Shown: piece after piece, positions 12,222 to 27,200 of the stretch
Layout of the letters: each line of letters opens with the position of its first letter
How positions within the stretch are numbered: the first letter of the stretch is position 1
Source: Tubiluchus corallicola
Lineage: Eukaryota > Animalia > Priapulida
Assembly (NCBI GenBank): GCA_030141605.1
Contig: JAQGDQ010000031.1
Span: 930,001 to 994,000, forward strand
Length of the DNA: 64,000 bases
Direction of reading: 5' to 3'
The notes under the pieces: generated by a model
What the model saw: the letters and a program-made list of their open reading frames with translations, nothing else
Told to the model about the DNA's origin: nothing
The model's database searches: none
Position numbers and translations under genes: made by a program

Positions 12222-15200
12222 CCTTTCCTTATCTCCCACTCTCTCTTTCTCCTTCATTCCTCTTCTCCCCTCTTTTTCTCTGTCTCCCACACTCTTTCTC
12301 TTTTCCCATCTTTCTCTTTCTGTCTCTCCCTCTCTCCTTTCTTTCACTCTCTCTCTCGCGCGCACCTTTTCCGTGTTTCTCTCCCTTCCCCCTCTTTCTC
12401 CTTTCATTCCCCTCGTTTTCTGTCCCTCGTCTTTCTCTCTCAGTGTCTGTTTTTCTCCGCCCCTCCCACTCTCTCGTTTCCTCCCCTTTAGCCCCATTCT
12501 CTCGTGATTATAGACACACTTGTATTTACACATGCCGAGTACATGTATTTGTATGCCAGTTTCGTAGCTGGGCTGTGTTTTGATGCCACGTTATGGTTTT
12601 CGCATAGTTTTCAACAAGCAATAAAATTCTCTTGCCTGCTGATCCCCTCAGGCTATTGTTCACAAGTCAAGACTGCATGAAGTTCTGTAATTTTTGTTCA
12701 CATTCTTCGTTTAATTTATCTGTTCCCCTCCTGACCCAACAACATTGGAGCTGCTAGCAATAAATATGTGTCTTACTGGCTAGGTTTCTAAAGTGGTTTA
12801 GATTCTATCATGGAAGAAGTCTTGCTTCTAGATATTGAACTGTGATAAGCCAGAATTAATAAACCTCACAGTTTATGCACACTCAATAATTTATCTAGCG
12901 GTTGCTTAACTGAAAGAGGAAGGTGCTGAAAGATTATAATTCAACTGAAATTCGAATCCAGAACCTTATGGTATCAGGTCACACGTTCTAGGTTCGAATC
13001 CTGATTGACGTACAGTTTTTTAACTTCCTCTTTCAATTAATTAAGGGTTTGGTTATTTGTTTATCATAATTATTAATTTCAACGTCTGAAAAATCTATCA
13101 TTGAGACAAGGCAGCTAATTATTTTCGTTACAAAGTTTAGTTTAGTAGAAATTTTTCTTTCATTGCAGGGTTCTACAAGTTTCATTTCATGCGTATTTCA
13201 TTTCGTTTCACCTGCATGCTCATCTAAGTTGCAGCCAGATGAACTATTGCTTAACTCTAGAAACTAATTTTTACTTTAAATTAAGTAAATTTTCTCTCGA
13301 TAATTCTTAAAATCTGAGAGCCGTCAGTATTATATATGTCCAATTTTACTTTGTTGCCACTTGTTACGATCAATAAATTTGAAATTTAATGTTGCTATTT
13401 TAGTCAAATCTTATCTTGCTTTATTGTATTTAAATGGAAATGTCTACAAGGATTTGCTTTGACTTGGATTATGATCGTTTCACAGAACAAAATTTATCCT
13501 GAATGGAAACCGCTTTGTGTTTCTTTATGGCTCACTGTGAGATTAAAATCCGTGATACGTGGAAGGCTGCTTTTGAGTAAATGGAGTTTTACAAATGATT
13601 TTAAAATTTAGATCCCCTGCTTCACGATCCTTAACATTTATATGGTAGCTGATGTGTATTATTTGGTAACTTCTGGTTTTGATATAGAAATTTCGTAAAA
13701 TTGATGACTTGGTATTGTAACATATATAAAAAAATATATATAAAAGTATGTTCTTATTCTTATATACTTATGTTGATAATTAATTAATTAATAATAATAA
13801 TATAATTATATATGTTATATAATTTTTTATAAACATTTATTTGAAATAATTGCCTTTGGCAAACAGCAAATAAATGCTGATCAAGTTGCCTCAGGCTGCA
13901 AAATTTATAGGAGTGAGGAGTGCAGTTTTGCAGCAAAAAAAAGTCTATCACAAAATGTACATAACTATTCCGATTGTTAAGTAAGATTATTAAAATGGTT
14001 AGATGAACCAATATATTGCTGTACCAGGTCAAATACGATGATGTTTTGTTCATAGAGAACTACCTGAAAGAAAAGCTGAAATTTTTAAATGTGGGTCAAG
14101 CAATATTATATACATAACTGTAAAATTAACCAATGTGGCAAGGGATGTAAGTTGAAAAATGTCCTAACCAGTAAACTAAGTTTAAATTAAATTGTTAGTA
14201 CAGACATTCATTATATATAGGGGAGCAAAATCTGTTAGACGGCAAGTTATGATATTCCCGTAACGTATGTGATAAAACTCTTTTTTCCTAAAATAAATGC
14301 ATATCGTTTTGTGCTTTTGTTGTGAACTATTGCTTACCGTGAAAAGTGTTTGCTTTATTTACTTTCAATTTGTTTGTTTTGCAGAATTACCGTCGTGTGG
14401 TCCGGCAGAATTCAGTTGCGCTAACGGCAAGTGCATCCGAGCCAACTGGCACTGTGACGGTGACAATGACTGTGGCGACAAATCTGATGAAATTGACTGC
14501 AGTATGTAGGCCTATGTATTATTGTATAATAGCTAACTTTTGCTGGGAATGCGTTCATAGAAGCTGCTTATGAACAGTTATTTATTTAAGGCTTACCTGA
14601 ATATTTACACTCATGTTAAAAGAAATTTTGGGCACCCAACATTGATAATTGTTCTGCTTAAAATTTTGACTTAATATTTTAAATAACGACCGTAATACTA
14701 ACAAGTCAATGTACAATACTTTTTTTGTTACCATGTTTGACGATTTTCGTAGTTAAATAGTCCTAAAAGTGTTGTAATACTGTCCAAGATGTCTTGATAC
14801 TATATTCACATGCAGCTTGGATTAAGACTCGTCGATCGTTAGAACGTTTAATAGATGCAGGTAACTTTTATTGATGTTTGCTTAAAATAAAATACTTGCC
14901 GTGGGAACTTCTGAACGAGATTGCACTTTTTGCTGTATTTCTATATCTACTGTCTCTTTAGAAACTTGCACATGCAATACTGTATAATGTAATAATAAAG
15001 TGTTATATTTTGTATTTTTTCAATGCTTTTAGTACTATATCTGTGAGAGTAAAGTATTAATTGACAAGTCTCCTTTTCATTTTTTTGTGAATCTATTTTT
15101 TGCATATCTTAATCATGTTTTTTTTATTTTTACTCTCATATTGTTTAATTTAAAATCTTTAATACTATAACTAAATAAGCTGAAGCTATTCCATCAAATT

Positions 15201-18200
15201 TGTTCACCAAAATTATTACATTGTTAGTTTTTTTCATTGCGCATTTTTAATTAGTGTAATGAAGTTACTAAATCATAAATGCTAAAAATACATACATTGA
15301 TAAATGTGCTACAATAAACCAGAACAGAAGCTTCTAGTCTAGTAATGGACAGATCATTTAACGGTCGTGATTTTTTTAATGAGCATGTTTGGGGGCTGTT
15401 TTGAGAAAGTGAAAAATTGGGCTGTGCAATGGTCTGTAGCATCTCCACGACACCTACGATGAAAACTGTGGCTTGTAATAGAAGATACATGTGACAACAA
15501 AACCATCACAACCAAGCTTTAGGCATCACTGCCAAATGCTAAAATCTTTGTTAACAAAATCGAACATTTCATCTATGTGTTGTTAACATTCTCATGAAGT
15601 GAATGTAAAAAAATCTTAGAATTTAAATAACTCTACAAATATGCTAAAATTATGCTGTTAGTAGTTTTTTCTCTGGGTTGTTGTTGGTCTTTTTACGTAA
15701 AGCTTTTAGATTCTCTGTGAAAAAAAAGTGATAAGTGACTATGGTGTTAGTCACTATGTTCAATATTTATGTTTAATTTTCGCCGCAAGTATCTTCTAAT
15801 ATTTCCATTTTCAGAACCCAAAAACTGTACAGAAGACGAATTCAAATGTGATAACGGGAACTGCATCAGGTCAAAGTGGACTTGTGATGGTGATGATGAC
15901 TGTGGCGACAATAGCGATGAAAAATGTGGTGCGTGTTCACTTTGCGTAACCAGAATGGTACTGGTTATGCACACTTTGTGTAAACGTGATGTGTATTGCT
16001 TGTGTTTTGTGCTGCCATCTGTTGGCTGGAATTACAAAGTTTTTGTCTGTTTTAGATCGCAGTACTTGCTCAGAAAAAGAATTTGCCTGTCAGGATGGAA
16101 ACTGTATACAGTTGTCATGGCGATGCGATGGTGAGGCAGATTGTGAAGATGGCTCAGACGAGAGAAATTGTTGTGAGTATGAACCAAGTTAAGGTTTATT
16201 TGAGGCACATTATTCCATGATTTACATGATTTCCATTATTCACAAGCCTTTGTTTAGAACCTGTATGGTTTTTATGACAGACAGATGAATTTATGAAAAA
16301 TTATTGTTATTAAAATTGCAAAAGTTAGGAAGAATATAACAAAATGAAAAGCAAAATTCTACCATTTGTGCTTTTTTATGATTTGTTTTCGAATGTTAAA
16401 GCTGTTTCTGCTTAAACGAAGTTTTTTCAGTAAAAAGTTCTTTTCTTTCCTTGGCAGAAATCATTTGGCGCGTTGTTACAAATAATTATTTTCTCATAAA
16501 TGCTATTTTAACACAGCATTTGTTAACTTTACAAAATGTGCTGTCCAATGACTATTAATTAGTAAAAATAAATGTCCCCAAAAACAGCTTTACGTTTTGA
16601 TGGCTTTTGTGACATGGCACAACTAGCATGTTTATGTATGTAAGAGAAATTGTTAAATACTAACTAATGCTGTGCAAAACAGTGCTTTTTATTTTATTTT
16701 ATATTTACCGTTAACTTTTATAATTTTAATCGAATTATGTTTCAACAGTAATTCATTCAACCCCAATCAGCGAACTGCTTATATTGACTGAATTTGAATG
16801 TTTTATTTACAGCTGTAGTAGTCAAAAAATGTAAGCCTGGCGAGTTTCAGTGCAGCTATGGACGGTGCATAGAGGGCGTGTATCGTTGTGACCATGACAA
16901 CGACTGCGGGGACTGGAGTGACGAAGTCAACTGTACCGATGGTATGTTTTGTTCATTTCGTATTTGAACAACCTAATGTCCCAACTTCTAAGTGTTGCCG
17001 AGGAATTAATGGCAATTAAACATTATGTTCTCATTTCACTTCAAAAATGACTCTTTTTATATCACAGCCAGTTTTCTACATAGAAAATTCCGACATTGGT
17101 CAGTTGAAACCCTTCTTCCCTTAGTACATGACCAGGTATTGAGTAGACCAGTACATGAGTAGACCTAGAAAAGCAACCACAAAGTTCTGATCAGATGGTA
17201 TATGGCTCTCGAAAAATCTCTATATAAGTGGGATTCGAACCCAGAACCCTTGAATCCACTCAGCCACCGAGTCTTTCCTAAATTACAATTTACATGTAAA
17301 TACAAATAGTAATTGTTATTATTTGCTCTGTAAAATATGCAAGGTCTGGTTTAGAATAACATTGCCGTTTGTCGAGTCGAACTTGCAAATACTTGCATTA
17401 TGTAAGAAAACTTTGCTGTTCTATTTAACCTGATGTTTTTATGTTTCTGAAATATAAAACTATATAACTGTTGATATTGACTACATGTTGTTTTGTGATC
17501 ATTATAATACTCCTTTTCTAGTGTCGGATATTTTAGAGGAATTACTAAATTAACCGGGTTTTTTCTGCTGCCAAAAAATTGCTGACTATTCAAATAAATT
17601 ACTCATATGATTTTACTAATGACCTTGGATGACTTCGCGTACCAGCAACAAACCTTAATACAAGTTTAAAACTTTCCCTCTTTTGCAGTTGAGGCTCAAT
17701 GCCAGGAAGAGGAGTTTCGCTGTAAGAGCGGACAGTGTATCAACCAGGAGTGGAGGTGTGATGCTGATGCTGATTGTGACGACAAGTCTGATGAAGTCGA
17801 CTGTTGTGAGTTATTATTTACCAGCCTTTATTACTTACCTGCCAAAAAATTATTTTAAGTGAATGCAGAAGGATTGCACTATTTCATTGTACAGCTGGTG
17901 CAAGAGTAAAGCTAAAGAAAGTTTTTCATTTTAATTAAGTAGCAAACAAATCAAAACAACACACTTATTAAGGCCGCACATCCTATCCATTGCATCACGC
18001 TTATTTTTTCTTAATCCCCAAACCCAGCCAGGCCCACCAGATGAAAAGTTTCTCTAAAATGACAGCTGGACATTTCCCAAGACAAGTGTCTGAAACTAAT
18101 TTATTTTGTGCACATACAAAAATGAACAAACAAACAAGTGAAGAAATGGAAAACATGACAAATTCAAGCGAAAACACACATTAAAAAAGTTTGATTTCCT

Positions 18201-21200
18201 TGAAGAACTTTGAAATGGATTTTGCACGTGTCTAAAGACTGTGTACTATACTTAGTTTAAATTTCCAACTTAGCGTAGTATTTAATTGATTCATTTAACT
18301 TTAAATTTTTTTGCTCAGTCTTTGTTTCACTTGTACTGCTTTTCCAGCGTCTGCAACGTGTGAACCCGGGGCATTCCAGTGCAAGTCCGGTCAGTGTATA
18401 CATGAAACGTGGCACTGTGACGGTGAACTGGACTGTAATGATGATTCAGATGAAGAGGACTGTGGTAAGATCTTTATTTAATTATTAAGTAACTAGATTT
18501 AACAAAAAAGAAGTATTTGCAAAATTTATGTTCATAAAAAAATGCCACTTTCAAATTGGGAGCCCTGCATATAGTGAAGGGGCACTGCGTAATTAAAGCT
18601 TGTCAGCTACAACATTGGTCTTGTTGGAAGGGTTCTTGTTCCCAGTGTCTCTTTCTTCTGACAATGTCAGCAATATTTTATTTTTAAGTAGGTTGGGAAA
18701 GATTCATGGCATTCAAGAAAGTATCGAAAAGTTGAAAATCGCAAAGTTCACTTGCTTGAACGGACAGTCGTACGAGGCTTTGTATCAATGACAAGGCAGG
18801 CGGTTTAAATGTACATTGGGCTACCTGTAATTTTGTTAAAAAAAGTAATTTCTGCTGAAGTCGTACCTTGTAAAACGCATTGTCATGCTAGCCACTCGAA
18901 TTGCAGCTCACTTGAATTTTCTGTAGATTCTGAGTTGTCTATATACTGAGATTTGTGCATAATAATTCACTAGATTTAACAAATTCACTAGATCGGCCTT
19001 GATTTTAAGCAAATTGTTTTGGCTTGCAACAGGGCTTTAAAACTCTAACATTGTTTACTTTAGTGTTGCAACTTGTTATAAAAACTTTATTTTTTTCAAA
19101 TAAATTTATTGTCAGTTTACAAAATTAATGTAATTAAGTGCGGCAGGTAAGTACAAATATTTCTTTTGACACTAAACAGTTTTGTGGATTGAAGTTTGAT
19201 GTTAACGCCTTGGATTCCTGGTTTCATTGACAACACACTTAATATAGTACTTAATATGTTGTTTCTGATTTTTAGGCAACAGCACATTGGTTGTTCAATG
19301 CGCTCGTGGTCAGTTTCGTTGTAATAATGGTCAGTGCATTGGTGACCATCATGTGTGTGACGGTAAACGTGATTGTTTGGACAGCAGTGACGAAGCGCCG
19401 CTTCACACTTGCAGTAAGCAGCTATTGTTAGCAGTCCTAAGCCTACAGTTCATATTTATGTTATTATGTTAGCCCTTAGAGCTATTTTTCTAATCAGCAA
19501 TTTTAGTAATTGTGATTTGGATGTTATAATATTCCTTTTTTTAAGTACACGCTGTTTCGCCCGGTTTGGTTTTGAGCAATGTTGCCGCTCGGTGACTGTT
19601 ACTCTCCTTTTGAAATAGAAAAAAATTTCTGTGTTTGGATAATGATACACACTTGTACAACAGCTTAGAACAGTGCACTATTTTTTGGGCGGCAAGTGCT
19701 GTATATATTAAGTCAGTTCTTGTCGTGTCCATGTTATGACAGAAAAAAAAATCCTGTCATTAAATTTTTTTAAACTAAGTATAGTCAAGGAAAAAATTTG
19801 AAGAAAGTGGTTACATCTTGATAAAAAGTGAGTTTGATACATCTTGCCATGCATTGTTACAGATCCGGCATTGTCGTGTATGGAGGATAATTCTCTCTGT
19901 GAGCACAAGTGTATTGCAACACCTCAAGGCACACAGTGTGCCTGTCATCCGGGATATCAGCTTGATTCAGACGGACGGTCATGTTTAGGTGAGGCTATTT
20001 CGTTTTTAATTACTACATTAAAGCAATGCAGTACAGTAAGTCCTCGCTTAACAACTCCCCATTTAGCAGTTTCGTTTTAGCAATGCTGAACATCTGAAAC
20101 CTTTTTTCACATAACAATGTGCGTTTCACTTTAATGACGATTTTTTTACTTTGGTCAAAGCCAATTTTTATTTTATAAACAACTTGTCAGCAAGAACTAG
20201 TTTCATGCATTAAAACAGTGCATGTTCTAAAAACGCACTAGCAACTTAAATAGTGCAATTATTATACATGTATATGCTTCCAGATGACTAGTAAATACAA
20301 GGTCGCCCCAGGCTTTGACTCTGCAGTGTTTATTGTTAACTGCTACCTAGACTTAAGCATTAATGTTTAAGGTTTAAAGAGAAAGTTTTAGAGTTTAGAG
20401 AGAAACATTTTAAGAGAAACTGCTAGCTAGGTAACTAAGATATATAGGTAGCTTCAAGTAAGTAGAAAGAAATTAATCAGTAGAAACATGTATAAAACTC
20501 ATAAAACCTTTAATTTCTGTGATTTAAGCAGTCTTAATTTTTACTTCTTTACTCATCTCGGTTCTTTTACATTACTTTCTATGCAAATTTTGGCTTCGTC
20601 TAACGACGTATTGCTTAACGCCGCATTTTGTTGGAACACATTAGCATCATTAAGCGAGGACTTACTGCATATTATTTAGCTAGAGAAACATGAATAGTTT
20701 AGACGTTTGCACTGTTTCTGCCTAAGTATTTCACTAAAATAGTCAGTATTGATAAAATTGAGGAGTTTATAGTGTTCAAGACATTAACTACAACAAGTTT
20801 TCAGTATAATCGTGTGCAATAGATTTTCAGAAAAACCGTTTACATGGCAGTATCGATTTAATGTTTTGGTTTTAGTTTGAAATTTTTCTGCTTCCTTGTG
20901 TGGTACAATGTTCATCCTAATTTTGTTTCTTGTAACGTCTTTTACTTTACCCTTTAGACATAAACGAATGTAAGGAACTTGATGTGTGCAGTCAGCGCTG
21001 TACTAATTTAAAAGGCACCTACCAATGTTCTTGTGCAGAGGGATACGAATTAAAACCTGACCGGAGAGGCTGCAAAGCTAAAGGTATTGGATTTAGTCAT
21101 AGTTACAGGGCAGAGGATAGTCAGTACATGGGTGGGGTGTTTAGATGTGTTCATTCCGTATGTCTGTCCACACAACAAAATCAAAGCAAACAAACCTGCA

Positions 21201-24200
21201 ATCACCAAATTGGTACAGCAATATGTCTTGGCCATGACCAAGAAACTTTTAGGGTCTAAAGGTCAAAAGCCGTGGCCAAACGGTTTAAAATGCCAAAACA
21301 AACTTTGCACATACTATTTCGTGTGGAAATGTGGATGCAGGCACCCTTTAGTTTTGTAAAAATTTCCATTTATTAACACTGCACAACATTTCTTATAGTG
21401 TTGGCTTGATGTGTCTTCATGTGCTGATGATTTATAAACTTTATATGTTACATATTGTTCTGCATGTACATGTACACATTGGCATTGTACATAGTAAATC
21501 TAATCTAATCTAGTCTAATCTGATCTGATCTAATCATTATAACCTTGGTTACATGATTCAAACATCTGTAGTTACATCGAGTTTAATGAGGAAAGAATCG
21601 ACTGTTATTTTGATCATTCTGACCTGGCAAATTGTTCAGTTGCTAAATCTGGTTTCAAAACCAAGATTTGAATTGAGAATATTGGATGTTAAATTATCCT
21701 GATATTTTTGAACCAAATCTTGCTTTTTTATAAATTGTCCATTGTTTTGCTTATTAGACTGTACTTAATTTGACAGGACCTGGCTTCTTCTTGCTTTTTG
21801 CAAACCGCATTGACATTCGCCGGGTAAAGCCAGACGATTCCGAATACACTATGGTACTGGATGACTTGGAAAATGCCATTGCTTTGGATTTTCATGCCAA
21901 GAGACAACTGATATTTTGGACCGATGTGACACTAGATGCAATAAAGAAAGCTTACCTGAATGGGACAGGTGTTTCGGATGTAATTACTAATGGATTAGAA
22001 AGTCCAGGTAACTTATCTGTTGAGTAGACAATTATATGACTTGTTCGTGAGCCTTTTCGTGGTTAGGTTACATGTTAGTAAGTGTTGCAGTATCACTAAG
22101 ACCGACAATAAAAATGCTTCTGTTTTCGTCTAATTGCCGTGTTTTATAGCACACACGGCCGAAATTTTTTTTGTACGTTCATGATACCTACCTGATGCAG
22201 TCACATGAAAGCGCATTTTTTGAATTTAAAACGTAAAATGTAATAATTATCATAACATTGTTGTTTTGGTGGGGACTCAGCAATATTTTTCTACAGCTAA
22301 TTCTTGGCCCATGTTGCTGTTTTATATGATGCTGATTGTTGTATTGGAGGCGAAAAAGTATCGTATTTTCCGCCAAATCAGTATATTAACGGCCGAGTAG
22401 TAGTGCCGCTTGTACCATAATTATTTGAAGATACGTTCATATCATAGAAAAAAAGAAACTATAGATAATTGGTTATAATACAATAATTTAATAATGAGAA
22501 ACAGAAAACTAAAAAACAAAGCATAAGAAATGTGCATTGAAGAAATCTAAACATTAGTGCTAAGTGGTGGAAAATGAACAAACTTTGATTTCAACCGATT
22601 TTAAGTCCACAATTTACAAAGCTTACAATTTTTTTTTAAAATTTTCATCCTTTCTACTGACATCATTTGAGCTCACGATGAGGCAAGACAGAAACAATTT
22701 TTTGTGGCCGACCAAAATTTTAAACTCTTATCACTAGAATTCATATTTGTATTTTAACAATGTTTATAACTGCTTTCAAAAATGCTGCTATTAGAAAGTG
22801 CTGATTTTTGGTGATTTAATGTCATGTCTGTTGAGAATTGACATATATACAATTAAACTTATGAATTACACCGCAAGCATGACTTCAAGTGGTAACGGTT
22901 TAAAATTTAGAGAGCGCCCCTAGTTTCAAAACGATAACTTTGTTAAATGGGTGTTTTTACTTTACGGGTTTCTTCAGTAGTAAAATACTATTCTTTTCAG
23001 ACTTATTTACAGTTAAATGAAATTTTTGCAATACAGGTGGTTTGGCAGTTGACTGGATAACTGACAAGCTGTTCTGGACTGACTCCGGTACGTCCCGCAT
23101 AGAAGTTTCGGGCTTGGATGGTGAAAATCGAAAAGTTCTCATCTGGAGTAATCTTGAGAAGCCTCGTGCCATCGTAGCTCATCCAGCACAAGGGTAGTAT
23201 ATTTTGCCAAAGCAGGGTTGTAACTACTCTGTAAAAGTTTATCCATTTTAAGAAAAAGTTCTTCTTCCTAAGTCTCTGGCAAGAAAAGGAAGTAACTTCC
23301 GTTCCAAATTCCTTCTTGACAAAAGGAAATAATTCAAGTTCCCAAGTTTCTTTAAGTTTTTAGAAAAGGAACTACTTCCAGTTCATTAGCAACTAATGGA
23401 ACTTAAGTTCAATTCCCGTTCACTGCCTTGTTTTTGTTCATTATGCACAGAATTATCCACGGTAAATGACCTGAAACTGCTGGTACAACTTAAATATTCC
23501 CGAAAACAACTAACTTTTGCTTTCTTGTGGGGTGCTTAACCAAATAAGTAAGTAAAAAAGCAAAAGTTAACTATAGAGGAATTTGGAAAGAAACACATTT
23601 TAGTTCCAAGTTCTCTGTGACAAATGCAACTCATTTCAGTCCCGAGATTCATTCCTTTTGCTGTTGGAAAGTAGTCCCATTTCCAAGTTATTGAAGAAGA
23701 AACTAGTTAGTTGAACTTTGCTCCATGAACTGAATTTCTTTACAACCCTGTCTCAAGTAAAGAACTGTCTTGGCATGCGTGTGCTTTTGAAATACAATTA
23801 TTTATATATTTGCTAAATAATACACTTCAGCGTAAGAGTTATATATATATACATATGTTTGTAGCATTCTTCATCTAGAGAGAATCATAGTTAATATACT
23901 TTGTATTAAACAATTCCAGCCAAGTTATAGCAATTTTCTAAATGTTATGTATTTTATGATAGAACAATAAAGTTGTTATTTCTGCTTTTAGTAGGAATTC
24001 TGATTAAAACCATGTGATTATCCCGATCATCTTGATTCAAAGGTTTTGCCTGTTTCTAGGACCATATTTTGGACGGACTGGGGTTCACGGCCTCGTATCG
24101 AGCGGGTTTGCATGGACGGTAGTGACCGCATGGTCATAGCGAACACGACACTTTTCTGGCCTAATGGTTTAACGATCGATTATGCGGCAGACAAAGTTTA

Positions 24201-27200
24201 CTGGGCAGATGCCAAACATCATGTGATTGAAAGCGCAAACTTGGATGGAAGCATGCGCAGACGTATTATTAGTCAAGGTAACTTCACGATATTTATTGAG
24301 TTAGAAGTTAGAATGTGATTTATGACAATTTTGCAGTTGTTTCACATGTATGTAGTTGATTGTATTGTAGACTTAAGTAGTCTGTTGTAGGCCTTAGTAA
24401 CCGTTAGTTTCTGAGTGATATACAGGTTCTGAGTAAAAGGTCGACAAAAGTAAGAGCATAAATGTAAAACATGTAAAAATCAGTGAAAGTAAACTCTAGG
24501 AAAATTTGGAAAGGAACCTATTTTAGTTCCAAGTTCGTCTGTGACAAATGCAACTAGTTAAACAAATTAGATAATAAGCAGTCAGAAATGGTCATACCGT
24601 AGCTGTTAGAAGAACCATGCAATAGAAGCCTTATATGCCTCTGTTACTGCGGAAATACTTCTTAGAGTTTAGCGCAATCAGGAGTGTCGAATTTTTCTTA
24701 ATACTTGTCGCGTAATGTTAAATGTACAGTAGTATCAGTGGTATTAACTGCTTTTGTAGAAATAATTACTGCAGTTCGACGTACTGACATTTTAGCTTAT
24801 ATTATATGTATATTTAAATCCAGGCGGTAGTCATATAAACACAACACATCGTAAGTGTACATAAAGCTTGATATAATAGCAAAATTGGTGATGTTATGAT
24901 AACGATACGTATTATTGTATCCATGTGAAAAATTAGTTTTTATTCTTATCGTATCAATATTATTCGAGGAATATCGTTATCGTATTGAATTTAGTGTGTA
25001 TCACTGCATATCACTCACCATTATAAGATCATTTCACATAGCTTCGTCATTTGTGCACTAGACTTATGCACAAAAAAAATTAAAAGAGTTATTTATAAGA
25101 GTGTTTGAATATACTTTTTGTTTTTTCTTTCTACAATAGCAACTGTCATTCGGTTTACTGACACACAATGCCAAGTGCATTATTTTTAGAGGCATTTTTC
25201 CGGTTATGTGAAGGCATTGCAGCTGATATAAATAAATACATTATGTAGGAATAAATCTCGAAATATATTTCTCTGCCACAGCTCATGTGTTTATTTTATT
25301 TTTTGACTAAACAAAGAAGAGAACTTTGTCATAAATTACATGTATCTATGCATTTATCGGGAAATAGCCTGCAAAAAATAGGTTGTTGCAATGCGCCGAG
25401 ACTCCTTGCACACAATAACTAACCACACGTTCAGTATCGTTTTTACCGTTCGAAATAATTTATTGTATCTTACCATCTGAAAACAGATTATCATTATCGT
25501 GTCGGCAAATGTGTATCATTTAACATCCCTGAGTAAAAGATACTGCAGATAGTCTAGTTCAGTAAGTTTGTTTGCAAGATGGAAACATGGTAAATACCTA
25601 CATGAGTTTTTTTGTGGTAAGTTCGCTTTCTTGTGGGTTGGCATGTTTACCAAGTTTATTTTACCAACTTTACCTGTTAAGGAGACAAACCTGATTTTGT
25701 GCCACAAAAGTTAATATTGTCAAATGCATTTTAGGTTTGCCACATCCATTTGCTGTTACAATATTTGAAGACAAAGTATATTGGACTGATTGGCATACTA
25801 AAAGTATTAACACGGCTAATAAGGTGACCGGAGATGAGGTAGAAACAATCCACAAAGATCTCCACTTTCCTATGGATATCCGCAGTTACCATGTCCTGCG
25901 CCAGGCTTCTGGTAAGTTTTATTCTCTGTAATTCTTCAAAAAATTCCTCAAGGACTTTGCCGATCAATTACTCTTGTCTATTTGTCCACAGAATATCTGA
26001 AAAAGTCGTTAATTTTATGAAACGGTGGAAGTGCGGAGTTCTTGGGCCATTGTCTGCTATTGTTCTGACTGTTCGTCAGACACCTGGAGAAATTTGGGTG
26101 AATTGTTTTGCAGTTTTTTGTCGCAAAGCGAGTGATAAACCAGGAAAGAGTTTGCTAAGTTCAACCGATAAATAAGAAAGTGAAAGGAAGTCAATATTAA
26201 TAAGAGGTTACATAAGTTTCGCTTGCAAGATAAATAAAGCTAGGCATTATGCACACAAAGGACTTTTTGAATAAGAAAACGAGTACTTATTTGTCTGCTT
26301 TCCAAATAGTCACAGGAAACTACTTAACAATATTATCCAATATTTAAAGAAGACCAAGTTGGTCATATAGTTAGCCATCCCTAAAATAGTGAAACTACTA
26401 ATCACTGCATGGCAGTAAACATTATTATAGCAAAAGATAAAGAATGTAGGAAAAGTATTAATCAAAATTCTATTTATGGTAAGCAATTGTAGAAAGTATA
26501 ATATTATGCAAATTGTGCCAAATGAAAGTGAAAAATAAAAGCAATAAAGCAGTATTCAAGAAGCAAAGTATATTAGTAGTAGTTAATTATAAGCAAACTG
26601 GATCAAATATATATAAAATAGTACATTTAAAATATATATAAATTAATCAAGAGTACCAGTGAAGCAGAAATAGTATGTACTTGTAAGATCAGATCATTTT
26701 CAAATGTAATGAATTAGAAATAATAACGTAAGAAAAATAGAAGCACATTGTTAGAATCACTGCATTATGTTACACAATGTATTTGAATTGTATATATAAG
26801 TGTTTCATGAGTTCTTGTTACTTGCATATTGAAGTTCATTGCAATCAGAATCCTTTCATCTAACAACTTCTTAACAAATCGTCTTATAATGTTAATTGCT
26901 AAGGCGGTTTTCAAATTAGAATTAAAACAACGAATGTTGCAGTTTTTATGCTGTAGAAATAGTGCAATAGCAAATAATGTTATCACTCTAACAGTATTTT
27001 TAACTTTTAGGCATCAACAAATGTAAAAATTTTAATGGCGGTTGCAGCCATCTTTGTTTGCTGAATGCACAAGGTTATTCATGTGGTTGCCCAGCTGGTT
27101 TTAGACTTCTGTTAGATAAGAAGACGTGTGCCGATGGCAAGTAGTAACGTTTTTACATGATTAATCAATGTTAATGATTGCTCCTGTAGTAACATAATAA

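Noticed and set aside
11968-12583. Four overlapping ORFs of 150-195 aa (SL- or RE-rich)
   Set aside because: Translations of a (CT)n tract inside an LRP4 intron; the same applies to 3619-3883.
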